A stretch of DNA of 64,000 nt from a virus. The stretch is taken from positions 4,261 through 68,260 of IMG/VR virus record IMGVR_UViG_3300032287_001952; one strand, given 5' to 3'. Under the pieces are notes generated by a model, which searched no databases, was not told the origin of the DNA, and saw only the letters and a program-made list of their open reading frames with translations. Positions 45,701-51,818 of the stretch are shown in pieces; within the stretch, counting starts at the first letter, position 1; each line of letters begins with the position of its first letter. A program made the position numbers and the translations under genes.

Positions 45701-46803
45701 CCCACGGAAAATTGGCTAAAGCTTTCCCATTCCTTAAGGTTCTTGAACGATTCGAGATGAAAGGTCTTAAAGGTTCAGCTGACGAGGTTCAAGCTCAGAA
45801 GGATATGATGTTCGCAAGATCATTTAATGCTTTTGTCGCATTAGGTATTATTACACTCCTCGATCGGGTTCTTTGCGGTCAGTATGAAACTTATGGGTTT
45901 GAACTTTGCATAAACGGTCCTGGTCCTAAAGAGCCAGCACAAAAAGAACTTCTTAAGAATCGCTTAAGCTGGAAACCAAATTCTCTTTTCCTTCGCTTAC
46001 CAGGCATAGGCGGCTTCTATCTTAGTTATATGTTGTCGCCTTTGGCTATTCCGTTGGCTGGTTTCGGATTAATAAAGGATAACGAGATTTATAACTACTA
46101 CGCCAAGAAATCACCAAAGGACGCTTCTCTAGCTATGGCTCATAGACTGTTGACTGTTCCAATGGAGATGAACTTCTTGTCGGGTCTTGGGGATATGTTT
46201 GAAATCTTAAGCCCAAGTAACCCAGAGACCGCTCTTGCTAAAGCCAAGTCATTCCTTTCAAGAATGGGTTCATCAATGCTTGTCCCGAACTTCTTTAGGG
46301 ATGTCGACCAGCTTATTGTGTCTAGCCTGCCGGGTGTGCTTAACCCAAGGACGGCTAGAGAAGACATTATACAAGCAGCATTTATTTCGAATACCCCAAT
46401 CATTCGGCAAATGTACGGAAGTGCTGAGCTTGATATCTTAGGTCAACCAATTGAGATGACTTCACGAGTTGTAAGCGTTGCTGGGAAAGATACTTTGGTT
46501 GATGTACTCATCCAAAAGAATGCTCTCCCGACTGCTCCCAAAAAAGACAAATTGCTTGGTCTTGTCCCAATGGACGATACTCAATACGCACAGTATCGTG
46601 AATACAGAGCAAAACAACTTGGGGAAGATCTTAACACGCCAGAAATGATTGAAACCCTATCTAGAATGGAACCTGGAATGGCTCAGATGTATGTTCAGAA
46701 ATATACCCAGAAAGCTAGCCAATTGGCTAAAGCAAAGATTCTGAGGGGAAGCCCAGAGATACTAAAAGAGGCAAGAGAAACAAAAGCTAAACAGATTAAA
46801 TAG
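33769..46803 (+). CDS. Giant polyvalent ejection protein (4344 aa)
   Basis: Hydrophobic G/A-rich N-terminus with EEAAQ; central effector domains (see findings); helical C-terminus with LSG..T...N..GN and PF.K...N motifs typical of large ejection proteins. Confidence 0.85.
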   Translation: MAQTIPTPGSDAVVASQPLPAGEFPGLVDALGLTEQTTKLSEGFSGLGSLKLSEPMTDSEKALENPFLKLPKANPKDFIDTVRKDWEIGQEGVNIDMATDDFATQVLTSGQPGDYSQLQNKRKALAKSQYFNQADNLASRAVHGTVQMLPPMAQGQLSGIEKGVERGMQMGLIGSSGFIAGPEVGAPMVTAFTGVGVAGGNLEGSFNYWTKQGRGASFAELVDAGVNQVTAANIAQFVGPVYAAIEYAQVGKLLDVVGGKKLKGGLLRGAMRQLAKVVPAGAKVAAEKVAQVSARPLVRGAVDVAGDILVQAGEEAAQGAVSQAGTEYGKTQQQLIAQGARDGAMEVLANLDLPEASKQVLSRGFDEFASSIGPMAVLTGGAKGTNFLRKASWDGFVSLANGDIQKAADQRDAVAKAGAPQTAQALAETVLTEPSSVKPTAATVTPTAPVVAPIDEPALDAELEAAGQAPVEVEQPEAPQPTVGLPGDELGARIFSNIRSRKPIAKADLDQVGGFSLSSDWKLNEETGNFEYQGPVYERKEAPQVSVAKAEAATIEQPKVKAPKAQAVAPIEAVKPEPTQKGAEAIPTSLGVKVFQAPDGTWGYQFDFPSWRTTEEGIESVNKSFNQNQGIATKEEALALATEGRKKAMAGTIKEDERVATALEKRGDVQKDDLRRARKYRKAAEEGRKLYEKEYPEGTAPKVEAPKVEAPKVEAPKNLEQFINNLPTFSPAMKSGERDKQRFRQALGLLKSKKTITKAVLQKELNLGSNYADWLMEQLTLSGAVSEQISGKAPKVEAPKVKQPALPRWEEVQKNKDQIKFLKSVFKKANAKLTKEQQVAPKVGWKRKDFYSALERMYGQLTQLEFKQPEQVAPPAPKVGEAQKPTAINEAEQRRKLKLANLLKVFGNKDLDGDQTLFRDIAMAQARKVASQIATQFQNITDPDGEIYNGLISAIATRLKKSFDNKTPVFFNEAGEPIAINDESVKKWLMKAADRAGRDAARRQSAQREINIEFGGKPAEGVVTQPEAAKEEAKPEGMQVKEVAPEVKEEPRGIRAIREAAQAIREQSSPEAKLVLDWIVSQLVGEDSALGKIKTYKELATYLSKVAKRTISDKRVGLTVNDVVKKLADNLSEIGIKVNVEALEMALSPEGQKAKERLAAEEAKAKASRDERVAKANLSDRARNLRSGYAVKERLVDAVASATPENRARIQNEVISLAEEDLLADDDINNRLDNIEKGLPNEKPAIGQPVSRRRRRGVKQAKEGEVLGGTGEGVEGARGTTGPVATAEGQPQPGARGAEPVSPRPSGAGQQVGGKQQTTTRNVSVDVKLSENNRSPAVKTLVETATSNGVPVTLQDSPESGSAVGVDTNQVEGQEVPIIRVNQNKLKEVRRTLGPKAFAEWSWRAINQEIIHFRHLKLLERLAKEEGTDYKSYLKKEAKRIVQIIKRQRGLRKRIEAIYNNGEKMDDFNLAFEFTRMLVEEKMMGGITESSYMDIAKVLNSVDAEGRGFIFRFMELVRDLMYGLTGRTAAETKFLRATADAIISEQRKVMRDLYNPTEKLPVQVNFYTPKEKVIVGSAADRKASEEEIKQDSGLNRASMAFLREYARELGIKEPMGQRKMEVRDEKTGKISIKKLSFPVWKKPDYAKAIKEKLKELGKKPKELGAAMPMRFKTEYAFQQIDRSFGAKRGIFKGLTVDNNDTLPWENLKAKILKGTSKAEANWVLPTMEALVRNGRVNVDMAVEAMQALAKNKITVKKLSEETTAIQNQPKEIQAFIRLEEAKNQIRHEAESQFTDVEEAIRIAGSLLYLDTYDIFSKNKLLMDDYRYRQTKLEIEETLKNGLNNTSFDEREIKKLGDKLANVYASFAKDLYNLDSRDYLSSFGFGRSQIEAVDQAFSIVSNLKNADEQQKVFARIGFYIARSGGIEVSDLGLDQRASARYKFVNPKPFSEMEDVREILVKTPIGAVAKAKSHFEDKDVVGFGRMYTTKQGDKTVTFLFEAQTDASTSPLNEMADENHPMTALDYTPVFEAELEDLKNALQEIVGEKRPIYMDEVGNLAYNGNFKSITPTSVTSKYTIARHKEGNLYEVNGDLGFHILEKSRTDKNLANRVRPYLKDSQTASMIEWDRMLTEAAPLISAYESLVLKNAIADAISKNHDAIAITDDGTAAMTEGHPQINDGMRAHYGVRNGSLHNLAKKLTGDTGTPFNDGSSIYVYEQEQADKLETPFEVYRFPKKEVTGVSYSLDKVKALGDASDVYNILGAALPTDRPYWLKDDGEVLDVEENALVDMNSIGSHSEAAVQFLQENDPENPFLMEWSLLDPLEKKDRQQLPVQEMFNRGWLRVIGDGFNLFFEGNPNKTQLDKLFEAAIEDEVKLIHDKTGLSGRPKSNLLYEPPLEDELNAAMPRRGFSSSEPRFSKSWKALPDSVAGLTEVYKMKRGTNDVRLYRDEMGDTFVVKRGQSQEQFENEVAADNVYRILNYPVPPSRLITDENGETAKIANYVAGPILADFQENMEEADPDAVKTVFEELGDGLLIDAFLFNYDVLGEGLDNIVVAHEEITEEDGLAFPEPLIKYTAYRIDNGGTLDTRAMGLKRDEPFFYDSFSRLADKYPQFNLTATDLVAQLSDIILNSDAILNAIPARLRPMMAQRIQWMADQLSAVDTIPSAIGYSDEEVTAHFAKLAKEMDSIKVVRNAQGELINEKTGEPSRIYLIDTNGKTIGFIPKSEFRYKLERTKAFKMWFGDWENAPEALGTSKMLDEAGEPMMMYHGTNWTTKESMYMFKDDIDKETQGLNLYRRRFSQGNLFRGTWTSTSRKFSEDWANETSAGEYAQQVVIPVYVKSTNPFDPRNSDHNAKLVNYLEEKYSADSGVNAFIPTRDMRVAMEFGFYDWSYFETTRPEYPSMGSDFEEMEEDSRRKEFFAKHPYPVLEAIINLGFDGLWVREKGLGYSGSLESGPKNLVQELEIIRRSDDKSTEKQTIQNLKEDVIAYNNNSVWNHLSFRSDGIKSSANTGKFKADKRKKFKPYQEAKRFVNLVTRNGKTLWNEFQKGGKTFASYDSAENLVTYAYSDPSTLAKAGIEKTEMKNGVVFFSARSVEGVRSPDRKPTDILGAAMPRQFGVRIRDKMQADAYERLKNLTYEPIPDSMVQEEAEAYLEKHGIRGAMDATISKSSPLEHGSRELLAQMIILKLNEQYRKTKDARVLEELIDYTDTFLSITSEAGRALRQLSFWDKLSPEGMLMLYKKKLDESNRETRDRFNEFFAKVKRELSTLPAGALDQALKSMEGLLGKADKAAEESRKKLATSNTMTFWENFSKQIGDSLVQKSREQLDIAEEELARTAGGEATPEGELAKNKVNNAKTINQAAQEMSRNIKQMFLALAKEQGKNIRDPRVITDEEFANKTDEEIAKIQQAERDSKQAQKFTDMLARWPKALQAWQTATAAIRAQTSVNPELATMFQSFLDLTLETPFTMPQLKRFLSLRGVKLEDLIREHYQEGKLAQNAYDVAREMVEKAGLGAWEEEIGVDVKEGDKFFEYEKREEDMAKEEPSKRAPTKSMSERLTQALASQIEKYAEAETEKKLNRLIDSYADKRLEPSLKRFMKRMVQYQALGLFSNSYAWNEFQKQEGLDKVKPEVVNQILDIMGKAQKLTGFRKEEAYADALSLISYHTNTGVWNFTKSWWYLSILSGFTTQVANIAGNAYNTMLLTIPTIGKHLVAVTVNPERSKAIVKQMFRAMSLSLQDFGYLLTTGRVGTRKSDNPFFSRASTDYFEVIAKNTPYRAARISATTAAMVRRVMSAVDMMFYNFNKEVYLFDSAYNAAKKSGLKGSEATAKALEVTFRSSQALQNALNLAIGEGYVVEGEPLGFYKALTKIESPKAKLERAKQKIEQSIRIQEIIDANVTGSAESSRVAIGAQVYGEELTYNEEPKGFLGAVHRSISALSVKYGLVSVPIPFTKIVANVWNQGLDAAGLGIFRSGKLAHGKLAKAFPFLKVLERFEMKGLKGSADEVQAQKDMMFARSFNAFVALGIITLLDRVLCGQYETYGFELCINGPGPKEPAQKELLKNRLSWKPNSLFLRLPGIGGFYLSYMLSPLAIPLAGFGLIKDNEIYNYYAKKSPKDASLAMAHRLLTVPMEMNFLSGLGDMFEILSPSNPETALAKAKSFLSRMGSSMLVPNFFRDVDQLIVSSLPGVLNPRTAREDIIQAAFISNTPIIRQMYGSAELDILGQPIEMTSRVVSVAGKDTLVDVLIQKNALPTAPKKDKLLGLVPMDDTQYAQYREYRAKQLGEDLNTPEMIETLSRMEPGMAQMYVQKYTQKASQLAKAKILRGSPEILKEARETKAKQIK
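37490..37750 (+). CDS. Nested out-of-frame small protein (86 aa)
   Basis: AAGGA 7 nt upstream of the ATG; amphipathic helical sequence; the host frame becomes G/R/Q/P low-complexity over the same interval. Confidence 0.55.
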   Translation: MKSQQLDNLFPGVDAEALNKLKKAKFSAELEKASKVHGGLPALSQLLKDNPNLGHEELNQSVHDLAELDSKWAENSKQLREMFPLT

Positions 46804-46968
46804 CTGTCGGACTACAAACCTTAAGAAGTACATAGAGTACCCAATCAAAACGAAACTAAACAAAATGGTTATTGAAGCAAAGGCCGCCTCAAAGCAATGC
46901 AGTCCAAATGATTTGGGGTCATACGAAGGTTTATCTTCTACCAACTTAGATTGACTTTTCTTTTTCAT
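46762..46968 (-). CDS. Small membrane protein
   Basis: AAGGAG RBS; basic N-terminus followed by a TM segment. Confidence 0.5.
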   Translation of the reverse strand: MKKKSQSKLVEDKPSYDPKSFGLHCFEAAFASITILFSFVLIGYSMYFLRFVVRQLFNLFSFCFSCLF

Positions 46969-46988
46969 AATTTAATCTCCTTATAGTT

Positions 46989-47255
46989 ATGCCACTTTCA
47001 CGAGTCAACAAGGATAAAATGCCTTGCAATAAACCACGCCGAAGCACACGCCCCGGCAAAAAGATGATGGTTAAAGCTTGTGAAGGTGGCAAAGAAAAAC
47101 TGATTCATTTCGGGGATAGCTCTATGCAAGACTATCGCCAACACAAAAGCAAGGCCAGACGACGAAGCTACTGCGCTAGGTCTGGTGGTATCAAAGGAAA
47201 GAACAGCAAACTGTCTGCGAACTATTGGGCACGTCATAAACTTTGGAGTTGCTGA
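46989..47255 (+). CDS. Small basic protein (DUF5754-like)
   Basis: KK.MV...IHFG...DY..HK..RR.SY.AR...SANYWA...LW; promoter TTGACT-N16-TAATCT. Confidence 0.65.
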   Translation: MPLSRVNKDKMPCNKPRRSTRPGKKMMVKACEGGKEKLIHFGDSSMQDYRQHKSKARRRSYCARSGGIKGKNSKLSANYWARHKLWSC

Positions 47256-47256
47256 T

Positions 47257-47736
47257 ATGGGTTTAGGTACTGCTAATCCTGGAAGCTCGAAACTGGAAGG
47301 TATCTTTGGGAAGGGTGCTCTCAAGGGCAAGGCTGGCATGGTTGTGGAGTCTGCGGTCAAGGCTGGCATCGATCCTAACTTATTTGCGGCTGTAATCGCT
47401 CACGAAACTGGTGCGGGAACCAGTAACGCTATCATCAATTACAACAACCCAGCGGGTATTATGGACCCAAAATCCAAGTGGACGAAGCTCAAGAAGTTCG
47501 GAAGTCTGGCAGAAGGGTTAGCCTATTCAGCCAACAACTTAAAGAAACGGGTAGATCAAGCTGGTGGTGACTTTACTAAGCTGGCTCAGATTTATGCGCC
47601 AGTCGGTGCGGAGAACGATCCTAAAGGGCTCAATGCTAATTGGACAACGGGGGTTAGCAAATTCTACAACTTGCTTGCAAGCGGCGAAACAGACCAGGGT
47701 GCACCCGCAGAAGAACAAACCCAAGAAGCACGATAA
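47257..47736 (+). CDS. Lysozyme-fold glucosaminidase-like peptidoglycan hydrolase
   Basis: AVIAHETG, NNPAGIM, IYAP.GA.NDP and W..GV motifs. Confidence 0.75.
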   Translation: MGLGTANPGSSKLEGIFGKGALKGKAGMVVESAVKAGIDPNLFAAVIAHETGAGTSNAIINYNNPAGIMDPKSKWTKLKKFGSLAEGLAYSANNLKKRVDQAGGDFTKLAQIYAPVGAENDPKGLNANWTTGVSKFYNLLASGETDQGAPAEEQTQEAR

Positions 47737-47787
47737 GAAGTTTGATTAAGAACACTGGTAAGATTACCAGTAAGATCGGTATGTGCT

Positions 47788-48012
47788 TTAATCGTACCAT
47801 TCTAATGAGAGATCCATATCATTCTCATCGTTTGGGGTGGCGATAATTTGAAACCCTTTATGCTTGTGGCACTCATCGGATAGTTCGGCCAAAGCTTTTT
47901 TAGATACGTTTAGAATCCCATTGTTATCGATGATTGCCGAAGCTAAGAAGATACGCAGTAGCTTGTTAGCAACTGAGCCACCCCCATCAATTGAGTAAGT
48001 TTCGTGATCCAC
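47788..48012 (-). CDS. Hypothetical protein
   Basis: GTG start 6 nt after the promoter -10. Confidence 0.55.
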   Translation of the reverse strand: MDHETYSIDGGGSVANKLLRIFLASAIIDNNGILNVSKKALAELSDECHKHKGFQIIATPNDENDMDLSLEWYD

Positions 48013-48055
48013 ATAACCAGCTTGAAAGTATAAGCAATTGTGTCAAGCTGAGTAA
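48013..48055. promoter_or_regulatory. Symmetric bidirectional promoter
   Basis: Both strands read TTGAxA-N16-CAAGCT-N6-GTG. Confidence 0.6.
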
Positions 48056-48394
48056 GTGAAACTAAAAGATAAACTAAAAAGACCACCGATTGGATTTGTG
48101 TATCAAGATCCAGATACAAAGATGGTTGTTACTGGCAATACATTCGATGAGTTGGTTAGGAATGTTAATAGACATAGATATTTAAATGGTGTTGGTTTTT
48201 ACCACGATCAAGAACAGATGATTCAAGATCAGCTATGCGATAAGCTTGGTGCTGAGTACTGCGAAGGTTATGGGCTAGGCGACGCAGTACATGCAATCGC
48301 CCAACCCATAGCCAAAGCAATCGATCGGGTTATCAAAACCAACATTAAAGGATGTTCATCATGCGCCCAAAGAAGAGCGAGACTGAATTCCTAA
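48056..48394 (+). CDS. Cys-containing hypothetical protein
   Basis: GLGD.V...CSSCAQRRARLN motif. Confidence 0.65.
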   Translation: MKLKDKLKRPPIGFVYQDPDTKMVVTGNTFDELVRNVNRHRYLNGVGFYHDQEQMIQDQLCDKLGAEYCEGYGLGDAVHAIAQPIAKAIDRVIKTNIKGCSSCAQRRARLNS

Positions 48395-48576
48395 TACCAC
48401 CCAATAGTCCTCTATGGGATGAGTTATCGGAAACGTCCGATCTTCGAAGGTTGCCCGATGCGATCTGCGATATCCTCTTGCTGGCAAGAGCCGCAACTAT
48501 GGATCTAATATCCCTCAAGGATCTCGAACGACATCTCGACAGGTTCGAAGACTGGCTTGACAAAGCCAATCCGTAA
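48352..48576 (+). CDS. Hypothetical protein
   Basis: Protein-like composition; overlaps both neighbours. Confidence 0.4.
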   Translation: MFIMRPKKSETEFLIPPNSPLWDELSETSDLRRLPDAICDILLLARAATMDLISLKDLERHLDRFEDWLDKANP

Positions 48577-48843
48577 ACCCGCTCCATAAGTATTCGATAC
48601 CCCGTAATAGGATTCGGGAGAACCTATTGGGCCGTAATCATTTGTGAATGAGTAATACGACTCTGGTGCTCCCCAAGGTCCATAGTCATTGGAGGTTGAT
48701 AGGTATAGGTCGGGATTGGCGGAGATGATTGGCTCGCCAATTCCTACAAGCAATGCCGGCCTAGCTTCTGTCAGCAGTTGACCAAAGGCCAACGATGGCA
48801 AGAGCAAAGCAAGCGTTACAATATGTCTGTATCTTCTTTCCAT
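48505..48843 (-). CDS. Exported protein with NDYGP-x-G-x-PESYY tandem repeat
   Basis: Signal peptide (ALLLPSLAFG) and two 17-aa repeats. Confidence 0.6.
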   Translation of the reverse strand: MERRYRHIVTLALLLPSLAFGQLLTEARPALLVGIGEPIISANPDLYLSTSNDYGPWGAPESYYSFTNDYGPIGSPESYYGVSNTYGAGLRIGFVKPVFEPVEMSFEILEGY

Positions 48844-49055
48844 AAGTCTCCTGGTTCTACGGCTGGCATTGAGTTCTTGACTGGATAGTCTTTGTCGACC
48901 TCAACACCAAGCCATTCCATACATACACCACTTGATTCAACAGCACAACATTCGTGCCCTTGTTCGCAAGTATGCGTTGCTGGTTCATCAGCCGCCCAAC
49001 TCCAATAACCATATCGAAGAAGCTTGTCTGATAGATCTGGTTTAGGTTCGTTCAC
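48816..49055 (-). CDS. Hypothetical Cys/His protein
   Basis: CEQGHECC..C. Confidence 0.5.
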   Translation of the reverse strand: MNEPKPDLSDKLLRYGYWSWAADEPATHTCEQGHECCAVESSGVCMEWLGVEVDKDYPVKNSMPAVEPGDLWKEDTDIL

Positions 49056-49425
49056 TAAATAACTCTGGACGATAGGTCATAAACAAGTTGAGCCACAGCT
49101 GTCCGTAAGCGTCGGCCTTGTCTTGCTGGTGATCGCTTTCAGAAATCTCGTCCTTGAAATTTGGATAGGTGATCGTCTCTGCAAGCGTTGCAAGCGTTGT
49201 ACTAAGCTCTTCCTTGGTTTCAAGGTAGATGCGGTACGGGTAATCTGACTTCTCATATTCATGTGTTGGGATATCCCGATTCAGCTTAGGTTGAATAACT
49301 TCGATAAGACGCTGGAGATCACCGAAGGTTCTTGTCCGAACAACAAACAATTTCTCTCCATTAGGGCGAAGATGATGTTGCTTCTCGACAATAGAATAGA
49401 ATCCAATGTTTGTGGCTAACCACAT
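49042..49425 (-). CDS. Conserved-looking hypothetical protein
   Basis: MWL.T..GFYS.V...VR.R..DL...DYPYR...I.YPNFK. Confidence 0.65.
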   Translation of the reverse strand: MWLATNIGFYSIVEKQHHLRPNGEKLFVVRTRTFGDLQRLIEVIQPKLNRDIPTHEYEKSDYPYRIYLETKEELSTTLATLAETITYPNFKDEISESDHQQDKADAYGQLWLNLFMTYRPELFSERT

Positions 49426-49426
49426 A

Positions 49427-50923
49427 TTATTTGTTACCTTTCATGTGTTGGTCAATACGATTCCCGATCCACTGCATACATGGAACAGCCATTGAATTGC
49501 CAAGGGCTTTGTAGCGTGGTCCATCGGGACAATCCTTAGCGGACTTATTCCGCCAAGGGATACGGGTGTGGTCAACTGGGAAGCCTTGAAGCTTCTCACA
49601 TTCCGACGGCATGATTCTCCTAACAGCCGATCGAACACGTGTGTCCAGCACACCACCCGTGTGATTGATATCTGAAGCCGCCGACGACAGAGACTGACTC
49701 AAATCGCTGACGGATTGGTTGTAGGCATCGATAGCTTGAACTAGCGGGACGTTACCACCGCCAGTACCATAGCGTGAAACACAACTGGGTGCAACTTCAA
49801 GCGGTCCAGTTATACGGGAATCATTGGGGTGATTCTCATAAAGGACGGCATGCTTGTCACCTTTGGTTAAGGTTGGACAAGGGTCACTAGGTTTACCTAT
49901 ACCTAACCCATTACCCTTACCATCCGACTTGTCTCCGTGTTTACCAGAGTGTCGAGTGGCTTGGTCATGGATAGGAACAACGTAAGGTTGCTCAGTCTGC
50001 TTGATGAGGGTTGGTGCGATCTCGTGATTGATCGACGCATTAGCTTGCCCATCGCTAGCACAGATAGCTCCTTGGGCTACAAGCAATCGACCAGTGGTCA
50101 AGTCTTGGTTGCCCATGCCCTTGTAATCTCTGGCCAGCAGAGTATCGCAAGGTAGGCTAGGGTCGTTCCAATAAGTAGGAACGATATGTCCAGCCTTGAC
50201 GCTCTGATGGGTTAGCTTTCCAGCTCCGCACTCGGTGTCGAGGGCTCCGATACAACTTGCATCAAAGCCTCTTTCAGCCTCGGAGGAAGTTCCTTCCCCC
50301 GCTTTTCTGCTCGGCGCAATATCCCTGCGCAACCCTTCGAACTCAAATAGAAGTGAGGAGGGATCTCCTTGGTCTGGAGCACATGCGACAACAAACACAC
50401 GCTTGCGTCGTTGGGCCAAGCCGAAGTATTGGGCATCAAAGCACCGCCAAGCGACTGACCTTTTGGGTCCGTACACACAACCAGAGTCCGACCATCTTTT
50501 CCCTGACGGCTTGAGCTCACACTCTTCTCCCGACAAGCTTCCCAAAAAGCAACCGAAGGCGTTGTCTTTGGAGCTGAGGACTCCTGGTACGTTCTCCCAG
50601 ATAACCCATTTGGGGTTGAAGTGGTCGGCCATTTTGACGTAGGTGAGGGTGAGTCCGCCTCTTGGATCGTCGAGTCCTCCACGGACTCCAGCGACGCTGA
50701 ACGCTTGACACGGTGTTCCTCCGACCAAAACGTCAACTGGTTCTGCGAATTTCCATGATTCATATTTTGTCATATCTCCTAGGTTGGGAACCTCTGGCCA
50801 GTGATGCTTCAGCACCGCTGACGGGAAAGGTTCGATTTCCGAAAACGCAAGAGGCTTCCATCCTAGCTTCTCCCAAGCTACGGATGCCGCCTCGATGCCC
50901 GAACAAACTGACAGATACTTCAT
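49427..50923 (-). CDS. C5-cytosine DNA methyltransferase (alpha chain)
   Basis: CSGIEA (I), GGTPCQ (IV), WENVPG (VI), QRRKR (VIII) and GNS (X). Confidence 0.93.
   Translation of the reverse strand: MKYLSVCSGIEAASVAWEKLGWKPLAFSEIEPFPSAVLKHHWPEVPNLGDMTKYESWKFAEPVDVLVGGTPCQAFSVAGVRGGLDDPRGGLTLTYVKMADHFNPKWVIWENVPGVLSSKDNAFGCFLGSLSGEECELKPSGKRWSDSGCVYGPKRSVAWRCFDAQYFGLAQRRKRVFVVACAPDQGDPSSLLFEFEGLRRDIAPSRKAGEGTSSEAERGFDASCIGALDTECGAGKLTHQSVKAGHIVPTYWNDPSLPCDTLLARDYKGMGNQDLTTGRLLVAQGAICASDGQANASINHEIAPTLIKQTEQPYVVPIHDQATRHSGKHGDKSDGKGNGLGIGKPSDPCPTLTKGDKHAVLYENHPNDSRITGPLEVAPSCVSRYGTGGGNVPLVQAIDAYNQSVSDLSQSLSSAASDINHTGGVLDTRVRSAVRRIMPSECEKLQGFPVDHTRIPWRNKSAKDCPDGPRYKALGNSMAVPCMQWIGNRIDQHMKGNK
50212..50763 (-). 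CDS. Nested alternative-frame methyltransferase beta polypeptide
   Basis: LSHVLQ..IPPHFYLSSKGCAGILRRAEKRGKELP, as in the nested beta chain of M.EcoHK31I-type enzymes. Confidence 0.7.
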   Translation of the reverse strand: MNHGNSQNQLTFWSEEHRVKRSASLESVEDSTIQEADSPSPTSKWPTTSTPNGLSGRTYQESSAPKTTPSVAFWEACREKSVSSSRQGKDGRTLVVCTDPKGQSLGGALMPNTSAWPNDASVCLLSHVLQTKEIPPHFYLSSKGCAGILRRAEKRGKELPPRLKEALMQVVSEPSTPSAELES

Positions 50924-51645
50924 ACATTAAGTTTCCCTTTCTTTGAGTAACCAGTCCAGCCTTTCTTCCGCAAGATTTGCAAAGCCTTCGAGGCTTCGCT
51001 ACCAGCTGGCTGTGTTCCGTGAATCAACAATGCAAACGAATCGCCAGACTTATAAGCGTGGCTATCGTCGTGGTCAATCTCCAATCCTTTCCGCTCTGCC
51101 TCTTCAATACTGAAGACAACTTCAGCAGACTTAAGTTTGTAAGTGCCGATCAACCAATCGTGGATACCACCACGACTAGCGTTCAGTGCAAAGTTAGAGG
51201 GGATAGAATCTAAACGATCTACCCAAATATGTAGACTTTTGGTGTAGGCATAGAAGGTACGCAAGGGATTTTTGCGTGCAACTTGCATCCAAGCGTCAAA
51301 GTATTGTGGGCTGAAGAAGTCTCCAGAGACGTGGACACGGATAAGGTTGGCCTTCTTGGGAAGGCTCGCCTCAATCAACTCCGCCATCTCTTCGGTAGAT
51401 TTACCTTTCAACAAGTCAAAGTTGTGCCATCGCTGTTCACGAGTGTTCTTGTATTGAGCTTCGTCAGATGCCGCAAAGCATCGGAACTTAGTTTCTAACC
51501 CGTCTTTGATTCCACTCCCGTGGCGACCAGCACGGGACAAACATTCCTTTGCACCAGGACAAGAGTATCCAGCTGGTAAGCTGAATGTATAAATGTCATT
51601 GGCAAGCTTGGCATTACCTTTGTTGAACTTGAGTAGTTGAATCAT
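50920..51645 (-). CDS. GP88-family protein
   Basis: GNAKL, FSLPAG.SCPGA..C, CFA, RVHVSGDF and YAYTKS motifs. Confidence 0.8.
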   Translation of the reverse strand: MIQLLKFNKGNAKLANDIYTFSLPAGYSCPGAKECLSRAGRHGSGIKDGLETKFRCFAASDEAQYKNTREQRWHNFDLLKGKSTEEMAELIEASLPKKANLIRVHVSGDFFSPQYFDAWMQVARKNPLRTFYAYTKSLHIWVDRLDSIPSNFALNASRGGIHDWLIGTYKLKSAEVVFSIEEAERKGLEIDHDDSHAYKSGDSFALLIHGTQPAGSEASKALQILRKKGWTGYSKKGKLNV

Positions 51646-51818
51646 TTGATTGTCTTGCCCTTGCTAGGCAACTGACCGATATGGCTTAGCAACCAACTGG
51701 TCAGCATATGCTCAGCACGATTGACGAACTGGTCGCTAACACGTGTGAACTTGTGATGCCGTTTGCTGGCGATCTCAAGGGTAGTACGTTTGAACTTAGC
51801 TTTGTTTAGTATGCTCAT
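51642..51818 (-). CDS. Minimal histone-fold candidate (58 aa)
   Basis: Manual translation MSILNKAKFKRTTLEIASKRHHKFTRVSDQFVNRAEHMLTSWLLSHIGQLPSKGKTIK; AAGGA RBS; ATGA overlaps at both ends. Confidence 0.55.
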   Translation of the reverse strand: MSILNKAKFKRTTLEIASKRHHKFTRVSDQFVNRAEHMLTSWLLSHIGQLPSKGKTIK

